A DNA stretch of 47,600 nucleotides from Azolla caroliniana (taxonomy: Eukaryota; Plantae; Polypodiophyta). The stretch is taken from positions 1-47,600 of the forward strand of contig JBHGNT010000231.1 of assembly GCA_043228905.1 (NCBI GenBank), written 5' to 3'. Positions within the stretch are counted from its first letter, which is position 1. Each line of letters begins with the position of its first letter. A model generated the notes under the pieces. It did not search any database. It was not told the DNA's origin and saw only the letters and a list, made by a program, of their open reading frames with translations. Of this stretch, positions 11,981 through 22,352 are shown one piece after another. The position numbers and the translations under genes were made by a program.

Positions 11981-12793
11981 GCGCGGGAAGCTGAGGAGTT
12001 GTTCGACCGGCTAGGGGTCAAACTCTCCCTCACTATGACGTACAATCCGGAGGCGAATGAGAAGGTAGAGCGTGGGCACGGGCCGATCGTAAAGGCGTTG
12101 GTGCGTGCATGCACAGGGCATGTCGAGAATTGGTCGCAGCTCCTTCCTTATGCACTATGGGCGGACCGAACTACACACAGTTCGGTGATAGGGTTTATGC
12201 CGGCAGAGCTGATGTACAGACAAAAGCCGATCATGCCGGTGGAACAGACAGTTTCTTCATGGGCGGCGGTAGATTGGAAGGACAAGATGAGCCGGGAGGA
12301 GTTGCTGTCGGCGTGGATTCGGCAACTCGAGCGGAGGCCAGAGGACGTGAAACGGGCCATGGAGAAGCTTCGGTTGGCAAGGTTGAAGAACAAAGGGCGG
12401 TTTGACCGGACTCACCGGCTACGAACGTAGAAAATCGAGGAAGGCGACTGGGTCCTAGTGTATGACAACAGCCTCAACAACCAGCATAGGGCAACGCGGA
12501 AGTTTGCACGGAGGTGGTTCGGGCCTTACGTGGTGACAGGCGCCAACAACGGGAGCTACCATCTTGCGGAGCTCGACGGTACAAGGATGGCAATACCGGT
12601 AGCGCGGAAGAGGGTCACAGCATTTAAGAAACGACACGAGTGCGAGCCGGATCCGGAAAGCATGGACGGCGACGACGGACGGTCCGAGGCGGATGACGAT
12701 CAGGAAGACGAGGAGTAAAGCATGGACCGGTTTTCTCCAGCAAGAGCCCAATTTTGGCGCATGCCGGTGGATGCGCAGTTAGGTGGGGGCGGA

Positions 12794-13172
12794 TGTCGTG
12801 AAGAAAACCGTCCCTAGGCGGAATCCGAGTTTAGCATGTGTAAACCGGCTCTTACACGCGAGCACACTTTTCGTTGTATAGTAAGTAGGTAGGTACAAGT
12901 CGGTAGAGGTGAAATCCTAGGTAGCGCGCATTCAATAGGGAGAGAATTGAGATGTATCTCTGTCCGAAAAGATAGAGAATTAATGTGATGTAACAGATGA
13001 TAACGACCTCCCTCCTTGAGCTATAAAAGAGAGGGAGAGGAATGAAAAGGAGGATCGCGCGTTGGCAAGGAGGAAGTGTTGCTGTAGAACCGAGTGCCGA
13101 GATCTCTCTCCCCCAATCGTCGTTCTCTGCGGGTGTCAGGAGTTTGCTGCCTCTGCTTTGTGGACAACCCGT
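12794..13172 (+). repeat. Truncated 3' LTR of Gypsy copy 2
   Basis: TGTCGTGAAGAAAACC follows the PPT AGGTGGGGGCGGA. It contains a TATAAAA at about 13022 and is interrupted by copy 3. Confidence 0.85.
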
Positions 13173-16100
13173 TGTCAAGGTATTCCTCTCGGATGCGTGG
13201 AATGAGGCGGGACCTCGGGAGTCCTGTACCGAAGAGCAAGAGAGAAAGGAAAAGAGACCCACTAGGTGCGAGCGTAGATTCACAGGGACACGGCCCTTCG
13301 ACACAAAGACGCGAGTGGGACAGCGACACGGAGAGACACGAATGTATGTATGTATTAACAAAGACAACAACAAGAACACGAAAGCAACAAAACACGAAGT
13401 CGGTTACAACCGAATAGGCCGGCGAACAGATGCTGATGCCTGTTCGTAAACGTACAGAAAGAAAAGAGCAGGTTGGAGGTGCTGCCGGAAGCACTCGGGC
13501 ATTCCTCAGAGCAGCGCGAGCCTCCCGAAACCTGCACAGAAAGAAGCTATGGAGTTTGCGAGCCAGAGAGAGAGAGAAGCCTTCGCCCACAAACCGACAG
13601 CACTTCGTCCTCGACTCTCCGCGATTCCTTCCTCCTCCTCGTCTCCCTCCTCTTATAGGCAAAAAGGGAGCCGTTTCCTATTAACTCCCTACCTACCGAA
13701 TCTGCCTGCCTAGTATCTCCTATGTACAACATAAGGCGCACGTGCATGAAGAGCCGATTCCTACGCTCCGGTGCACCGATTCCGCTTGTGGACGGTTTTC
13801 TTCACGACATCTGCCCCCACCTAACCGTGCATCCACCGGCATGCGCCAAATTGTGTTGGGACGGAGAAAACCGGTCCAGCCTTCATTCTCTGCCCGTCGG
13901 TTCTTCTTCGGTTTCGGATTGTTCGTCGTCGCGGTCCAAGTCAAGCGGATCCGACTCGTCGTCGTGACGCTTCTTGAACGCTTTGATTCGCTTCCCAGCT
14001 ACCGGTATCGCCATTCTCGTGCCGTTGAGTTCCGCCAGATGGTACGTCTCGTTGCCGTTGGCGCTTTGTACCACATAAGGCCCGAACCACCTTCTTGCGA
14101 ACTTCCGTGTCGCTCGGTGCTGGTTGTCGAGGCTGCTGTCATAGACTAGCACCCAGTCGCCTTCCTCGATCTTCTTCGGTCGGAGCCGGTGCGTCTGGTC
14201 GAACCGGGCTTTGTTCCTCGTCCTGGCCACCCGAAGCTTTTCCGCAGCCTGCTCCACGTCCTCCGGTCTTCGCTCGAGCTGTCGTATGCGCGTCGTCAAC
14301 AGTTCCTCCCGGCTCATCTCGTCTCTCCAGTCCATGGTTGCCCATGAGGAGATTGTACGTTCCATCGGCATGATCGGCTTTTGCCCAAACATGAGCTCTG
14401 CCGGCATGAATCCGGTTACCGAACTGTGCGTAGTTCGGTCTGCCCACAACGCGTAAGGCAGCAGCCGCGGCCAGTTCCCGACTTGACCTCCGCATGCCCA
14501 AACTAACGCCTTGACGATCGGTCGGTGTCCGCGCTCCACCTTCCCATTCGCCTCCGGATTATACGCAGTGGTAAGCGAGAGCTTGACTCCTAGCAGGTCG
14601 AACAGCTCCTCGGCCTCTTCGGCGTCCAACTCCCCGCGATCAGCCACGATCTTCCCGACACACCCGTACCGGCATATCACGTCCTCGATCAGGAACCGAC
14701 ATACGGCTGCAGTCGTTTTGTTCTGAAGGGCCCGGCCTTCTACCTGGTTCGACAGATCTTCCCGAGCTAGGACCAGATACCGCATCTGTCCTACTCCCAT
14801 CGACATCGTCACCAGGTCTACCATCCATTTGAAGTGGATGGTCGGAGGGTACATAGGGTGAAGCTCGTCCCGATGTCGGACTACGGAGTGCATCTGACAG
14901 CTCTCGCAAGTCGTCACGAACCGATGTACGTTCCGGTACAGTCCCGGCCACCAGTACTTCCCCTTTATCTTCTCGAACGTGGCCCACGTTCCACGGTGTC
15001 CAACCCAAGGGTTGTCGTGGTAGGCCGTCAGCAGCTCCTCCTGTTCTTCCTTCATCGCCACCACCCGGAGCGGAACGCCGTTCCTCTTCTTCGGGTGCTT
15101 CCATAAGTATCCGTCCCGAAGAAAGAATCGGTATGATTTCTGATTGCCCGAAGGCCGATTTCTCCCCGGAGAAGGTGAGCCTCGCATTCTCTAGCCTTTG
15201 TAGCACCTTCTCACAGTCGTCGATGTGTGCTGCCACGAATCGCTGGCATCCGTCCGGTCCGAGTGTTGCGTCCTTCTCTTCCACCGGGCACCCTTTGATA
15301 GGGATGTCGTCTAGAAACGGCATGGTGATGTTCGGGATGCAATCCCTCAGTACCTTGTTCATTGCATTCACCATGTGGGCCACCGAGTTGGTCCCTCCTT
15401 GTGGCAGGGTACACATTCGCACTAGGCCGAGGGGAGTTCGCATCGTCGTAATGTCTCTGCTCTCCACGGCTAGCTGGAACTGGTCGTACCCCGAGTACAG
15501 ATCACCGACCGAGTAAATCGACCTTCCGGCGAAGGCCTCCGCGAACTCGTCTATGGTCGATCCGATTCCTGCGTTCCGAATGGTCACTCTGTTGACCGGC
15601 TGCAGGTCCTGAATGAAGCGCAATGTTCCGTTTTTCTTTGGTACGGTAAACCATCGGTTCGAGTATGGCGCGCTCGACGGTTCGAGAATACCCATATCGA
15701 CTTTCTGCCTTAGTAGCTCCATCAACTCCGGGATGTGAGCTCTTGGTACCGGAATCGGCTTGAGATTCCACGGCACATGCGGTACCGTGAATATCACCAT
15801 CGGCTCCACGATTGTCGGGTCTACGCACCCGATCTCTTCCGGCGAGAATGCGAAGGCTTTCCCGTGCCTTCCGAGCATTCTCCGAAACCGGTCTTCCTCC
15901 GCCGATAGTAGGAACCCGCCCCCACCGATCTTGAGCTCCCGGAGCGTCCCGTCGGTGAAGGTGTGTCCTATGCAGGCTGGATCTCGTAAACTGGGGTCCG
16001 ACGCCACCCCTCTGATTCGGGACTCGCTGCCCTCCGGTAAGGGTGCCGTGACCGGCCTTACCTTCCGGTCCACAGTCTTGTACTTCGTGCTAACCGGGCC

Positions 16101-16479
16101 GTCCGATCCGACTCGAGCCCCTGACTGAAGTCCGCGATGACTTCGTACATCTTTTCGGAACATACCGGTATCGTCTGGTCTTCGTTAAGGTCTTCTTCGG
16201 CTATCTTCCGCAACATCCCCAAGGTGTCGTCGAAGGAGACCGCCTCCACGGCTCCGCTGATTTCCTCGTCCGGGCCGAGAACTCCGCACGCTCGAAGTCG
16301 CTCCTCCGCCCTTGCCCTTTCTCGGCCAACGATGCCGACTATCATACATCCTCCGTCGTCGGAGAAGCAAAATTTCCTGCCTATCGTACAAGGTTTCTTC
16401 GGTTTCGGTTTTATCTTACAGTCGTGGGGTCTTTCCCGAGTGTCCGGGCTGTCTCGGCCCCACGCCTTGGGAGCCCTTT

Positions 16480-18633
16480 CTAAAAATCCTCCCGATTCTC
16501 GCCACCGAGGGATTCGCGGTTTCTCTCGTGGTTCGGCCGCACCGTCAGAAATTGAACCGAATGGCGCCCGTCCTGGCTTTTGACCCTCACGTAGGCCGAC
16601 CCGTTGTCCAGCACCTTGGTCTCCATTCGCGCCGCCGTGATGTATGGTTCCCCTAATATGACCGGGTGCGAGGACGTCTCCTGTACGAAGAAATGCTGGT
16701 CAATCTCGACATCGCCGATCTTTACTCGCACATTCGGGTAGGCCCCGTGCAGTTCCTCGGTGGCGCGCGTCGCCGCCCGTATCTTCCACCCGTGCCTGGT
16801 GTTGATCGGCCACTTTCCCTTCTTATAGAAGTCCATGGACATTAGGTTTATTTCCGAACCGTGGTCCACCAACGCCACCACCGGTTCCTGAACATCTCCG
16901 ATCTTTACCGGGGTCTCCGTGGTCGCTCGGGCCCAGTGTGGCCTCGAATAGTGGCTCTCCGCCCACTCGTCTTCCATCGCCATGTCGTCGATGTGCGTCG
17001 TCCGCACCTCCACCGGTCTTTCCGGTTCCGTCTCCGTCGACAGCCTCTTCCGTTTCACCAGGTCCACAATGGAGTCGTGGAACTCCTTCTTGGTGATCCC
17101 TAGCACCTCCCGTAATGACAACTCCACTTTGCTGTCGAGGATCCGTTCTTCTAGGACCTTTCGTAGGTCCGTAGTCCTTTCTATTTCCGTCCCCAGTCGG
17201 TATCCGCCCTTCCTAGGGTTATCTTGCGAGCTGGACCCGCCGGCATCGTTCCGTCGTTGCCCGAATCGGGTCTCGTACCGTTGTGAAGGCCCGGCCGCTC
17301 CGGCTTTCCCCACTCGCTTGTCTTCTACCAGAGCCTCGTAGTTCTGGCAGGCGGCTTCTACGAAGCCCGTCTTCTCCTCGACCGGATCGCTCCACCCGGT
17401 TATTTCCCGGACCCGTCTCTCAGCGCGGTCCGTTTCATCTTTCCTCAGTCGTGCGTCGGCAAGACCTTCCAGCATTGCCGACCAGAATCCGTCTTTGCCC
17501 TCCTTTCGGGCCTCACTACCCCCGACCCGAATGCCGGCCGACACCGAGTAGTGGATGGCCTCCACGTGTCGGCCCGCTGCCTCTTCCATCAGTCTCTTCA
17601 TTCCTCCTCGCCCATCGTTTCGGTTTAGGGCCCTTCTGGTGTCGCCGGCGTGCACCCGGCCTTCCCATAGGTACACCACCCGGTTCCTCAACGCTTCTGC
17701 GAAATCGCCGCAGTCCTTCCGGATGTGGCCGACCTCGTCGCACCACATGCACCTGTTCCCCGCTGCCGGTCGTCGGTCACGAGCCGGTTCGCCGCCGTCC
17801 CTTCGAGTCTGGGCGATCTGGAGATCCTTTATCGCCCGCGTCAACTCCTCCAGCGTTGCTCCTCCGGACGAGCCATTGACCATGCCGGTCGAAGCCGAAC
17901 CGGTTTCGAGCCATTCCCGGGTTTCTTCCCTTCGCACTTGCGGTGCCGGTTCAAGCCTCCTTGCTGTGACAGAGCCCGCACCGGCCGCCCCGTTGTCAGC
18001 CCATTCTCGTCGTTTGTCGAATTGGCCACAGACTCTCTAAACCGCAGCTCAGTCGGTTGTCAGCCCGTCTTCGGTTTCCAGCAAGGAGCCGACTTGATCC
18101 CGGTCCCGCTCGTCCACCAACTTGACGAACAGTAGGACCCGGCTCGTATCCAGAACGGTTCGGTCAAGCGCCGAAAGGCGCGCAAAGCGTTCTTCGAACT
18201 CCCGGAGGAGTGCCGACGCGTTTCTTCCCTTGCCGGGGAACTCCACCCATTCCATGAAGTCTCGTTTCGAAAGCCGGAGCGCGTCGTCCAACCCGTATTT
18301 TTCCAGGAGTCGGCCTTCGAACTCCTCCCCGGTACGGCTCTCTACCCGCACCTCGAGCACCTCCGCATGGATGCTCGGCATCGCCACTCGAGGAAACCCA
18401 GCAAGACGCCTCTCTTCCGGAATGTCCCGCATCAGCATTTCTGCCCCGTAGGACGCCAAATACTTCGTGGCATCCTTTCCGCTGAACCGGCCGATCGTAC
18501 CGACGACTGCCTCAATGGCTCTGTCGAGGGCGCCAGAGCCCTCGCATGCGCTCAATATCCGATCCACGGCCGAAGCCATGGCCTCCGCAAGATCCGACCC
18601 TTTCATCTTCTGCTCTTCTGCCGCCTCCTTCAC
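16480..18633 (-). pseudogene. gag: gag-protease ORF1 of Gypsy copy 3 (one in-frame stop at 18049-18051)
   Basis: ORFs 18049-18633 and 16480-17937 are in the same frame. Zinc knuckle CMWCDEVGHIRKDC and protease-like motif ALVDHGSEINLMS. Confidence 0.85.
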
Positions 18634-18646
18634 GTCGGGTTCACCA
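18629..18646 (-). promoter_or_regulatory. Primer-binding site, tRNA-Trp
   Basis: The plus strand reads TTCACGTCGGGTTCACCA, the 3' 18 nt of plant tRNA-Trp(CCA) as recalled, 3 nt from the 5' LTR end. Confidence 0.88.
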
Positions 18647-21600
18647 ATATGTTGAGGTATTCCTCGCGGATGCGTGGAATGAGGCGGGACCTTAGGGGTC
18701 CTGTACCGAAGAGCAAGAGAGAAAGGAAAAGAGACCCACTAGGTGCGAGCGTAGATTCACAGGGACACGGCCCTTCGACACAAAGACACGAGTGGGACAG
18801 CGACACGGAGAGACACGAATGTATGTATGTATTAACAAAGACAACAACAAGAACACGAAAGCAACAAAACACGAAGTCGGTTACAACCGAACAGGCCGGC
18901 GAACAGATGCCGATGCCTGTTCGTAAACGTACAGAAAGAAAGGAGCAGGTTGGAGGTGCTGCCGGAAGCACTCGGGCATTCCTCAGAGCAGTGCGAGCCT
19001 CCCGAAACCTGCACAGAAAGAAGTTATGGAGTTTGCGAGCCAAAGAGAGAGAGAGAAGCCTTCGCCCACAAACCGACAGCACTTCGTCCTCGACTCTCCG
19101 CGATCCCTTCCTCCTCCTCTTCTCCCTCCTCTTATAGGCAAAAAGGGAGCCGTTTCCTATTAACTCCCTACCTACCGAATCTGCCTACCTAGGATCTTCT
19201 ATGTACAACATAAGGCGCACGTGCATGAAGAGCCGGTTCCTAAGCTCCGGTGCACCGATTCCGCTTGTGGACAGTTTTCTTCACGATAATGGATCAATGG
19301 TGTCAGGTTCTTCACGAAGATCGACTTACGGGGAGCATATAACCTCGTACGGATCCGACTAGGAGACAAATGGAAGACCGCGTTTCGCACCAGATATGGG
19401 CACTTCGAGTATACGGTCATGCCGTTCGGCCTCACTAATGCACCGGCAGTCTTCCAGCACATGGCTAATGATATATTCCGAGATCTATTGGATGATTGTT
19501 TGATCATCTATTTGGATGATCTACTGGTTTATTCAAAGACCCAAGAAGAACATGATTCTCATGTACTATTAGTACTAAAACGACTTCGAGAACATGGTCT
19601 GTATGCAAAGCTGGAAAAATGTAGTTTCGGGTGCAACCAAGTGGAATTTCTCGGCTACATCATTTCGTCAGAAGGCATCTCCATGGACCCAGCTAAGGTC
19701 AAAACGGTGGTAGAATGGCAGACTCCACGTTCGGTGCGGGATGTGCAATGCTTCCTAGGCTTTGCCAATTTTTACCGAAAGTTCATACAAGATTACTCAA
19801 AGATCGTTCTACCTCTCACACAACTTACCAGGAAGGGACAACCGTTCATTTGGTCTGAAGAAACAGACGTGGCTTTCGAGAATCTTAAAAAGGCATTTAC
19901 ATCGGCTCCAATTCTAGCTCATGTCGATCCGGAAAAACCATTTATTATCGAAGCTGACGCATCGGATTTTGCATTGGGGAGCATTCTGTCACAATAGGGG
20001 AATGATGAGAAGCTACATCCTGTGGCTTTTTTCACTCACGCAAGTTTGACGCCGCCGAAATCAACTACGAAATTCATGATAAGGAGCTATTGGAAATAGT
20101 GGATTCTTTTATGCAATGGAGGCATTTTCTGGAGGGATCCTCTCATCCGGTCACCGTATTTAGTGACCACAAGAACCTTGCCTACTTTCAGGATGCTCGT
20201 GTGTTGAATCGACGTCAAGCTCGGTGGGCCCACTTCCTCACGCGTTTCGACTTCAAAATTACATATCGTCCGGGGAAGCACCAAGGGAAGGCCGATGCAT
20301 TATCACGGCGTTTGTACCTAGCACCCCGTCCCGGCGAGCCAGCTTTCGATAACCAAAAACAAGTCATCTTGGGACCGGCACGACTACAAGCAACAAAGAT
20401 CTTTGACATGCCCATGGATTCCCGCGTTATTGATACCATACGCGAAGACTTGAAGATAGATGCATTCGCCCAAGCTATACTAGCACAAATTGATCCCTCT
20501 CGAGCGTCGTGTTCACAGTCGCAACCATCAGGCACGGACTATCGGCAATTCAAATACCACGATGGATTACTCTTCTTTAAAGAACTTTTGTATGTTCCTA
20601 ATGGTTCTTGCCGCCTTCAAGTAGTACAAAACTGTCATGACACATATGCAGCTGGGCATTTTGGTAGTACTAAAACACTACATTTAGTACAACGATCATT
20701 CTGGTGGCCCTGTATGCGACAATTTGTCGAGGATTTTGTTCGGACTTGTGATACATGCTGCAGAGCGAAAATGCCAAGGCATCATCCATATGGTTTATTA
20801 GAACCATTACCAATTCCAAGCAAGCCGTGGCAATCCATTGCTCTAGACTTCATCACAGATCTTCCAGTCTCTAAAGGGTTCAAAGCGATTCTAACGGTGG
20901 TCGATCGATATACGAAGATGGCTCATTTCTTGCCATGTACTAAGGAGATCTCCAGTGAAGACACTGCCAAAATTGTCATGCGTGAAGTATGTCGGCATCA
21001 TGGACTTCCCGATAGTATCATCAGTGATCGTGGACCCCAGTTCGTGTCAAAATTCTAGAAGCACCTTTTTAACATGCTCAAGGTCACTTGTAACCTCTCC
21101 TCCGGCTACCACCCACAAACCGACAGCCAAGCCGAACGAACCAATCAAACGCTGGAGCAGTATCTGCGGTGCTTTCTCAGCTATCATCAGGATGACTGGG
21201 TAGATATTCTCCACTTCGCCGAATTTGCCTATAACAACTCTATCCATGCATCCACGAAAGTTACGCCATTTTATGCTTATACGGGATGTCACCCCTGGTG
21301 GTGTGTACTTGAAACCCCAGAGGTGTCCACAAATCCTTGCACAGAGGATCGTTTGGAAAGGTTACGCAAGATACGAGCGGATTTATCTACTCATCTCCAA
21401 CAAGCTCAACAAACACACAAGGTTTATGCGGATCGTCATCAACTCCCATCTAGTTTTAACATTGGAGATCGGGTATGGCTACTCCGACAACACATCAAGA
21501 CTACTCGCCCATGCGAGAAGTTGGATTATTGGCGATTAGGTCCTTTCCGTATTATCGGAAAGATTAATGATGTCGCTTTTCGTCTTGATCTACCTCCACA

Positions 21601-22352
21601 ACTTCGGATACATCCGGTGTTTCATAGTTCTCTCCTCGAACCCTATCAAGAAAGCACCATCCCATGACGTATTACACAGCCTCCACCCCCGATCGAGCTT
21701 GAAGATGGACCTGAGTACTGTAGAGAAATCGACGCTCCGATTAACCTTCACCACTCGGCCACAACCGAGTAAGCACGAATCAATGCAGTAGAAAATAGGA
21801 ACCACAGAGAAAGAACACGAATACACAGGGATTAACGTGGAAAACCCTAGACGGGAAAAAACCACGGGAGTACAAGACTCCAAACCAAACACTATGCACA
21901 GAGAAATATACAATGGCGAGCTGCAAGGCGACGACCTTGAGCTCGTTGTCCTCGCCACAGGCGGCGGAAATACACAGAGGCGTCGACCTCCTCCTCTCTC
22001 ACGCTCTATCTCTCTCACGGCTGCTCTCTCTTCACTCCTCTTGAGTGGAAAAACAGAAAAATAAGAAGCAACTACAAAACTGTTTGCCCTAAGTCATATT
22101 TATACACATATGACTTTCGGGCTATTTACAAATATAGCCTCAAGGGCCCTTGGCAAACATATTCACAAATATGTCCCCGCATCCGGATCTCTCTCCGGGT
22201 ACATTCGTCATCCGGCTCCGTAGCCGGGTCTTCATCATCCGGCTCCGTAGCAGGGGTCTTCATCATCCGGCTCCGTAACCGTAACCGGGCTTGCCGTCAT
22301 TCATCTCCGGACATCCCATCCGGAGGGACCGAAATCCCAACAAACTCCCCCT

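Larger units (their letters stand above)
4456..13172 (+). mobile_element. Ty3/Gypsy LTR retrotransposon copy 2 (same family), degenerate, with two nested solo LTRs and a truncated 3' LTR
   Basis: gag with a CX2CX4HX4C knuckle at about 6000, protease motif LVDHGSEIN at about 6750, and RT/RH/INT fragments at 7143-12718 with stops and frameshifts. PPT then LTR from 12794, cut at 13172. Confidence 0.9.
13173..19288 (-). mobile_element. Ty3/Gypsy LTR retrotransposon copy 3 (same family), two LTRs, RNaseH deleted
   Basis: Highly similar LTRs at 13173-13809 and 18650-19288. PBS at 18629-18646. gag-protease at 16480-18633, RT at about 15134-16090, integrase at 13883-15133. PPT next to 13810. Confidence 0.92.

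Noticed and set aside
12852-13700. Antisense or extra (env-like) ORFs around the Gypsy LTRs, also at 18367-19192 and 4554-4938
   Set aside because: They cross element junctions, are not preserved between LTR subfamilies and have no recognisable domain.
18629-18646. tRNA-Trp gene
   Set aside because: Only the 3' 18 nt including CCA are present, adjacent to an LTR, so it is a primer-binding site.
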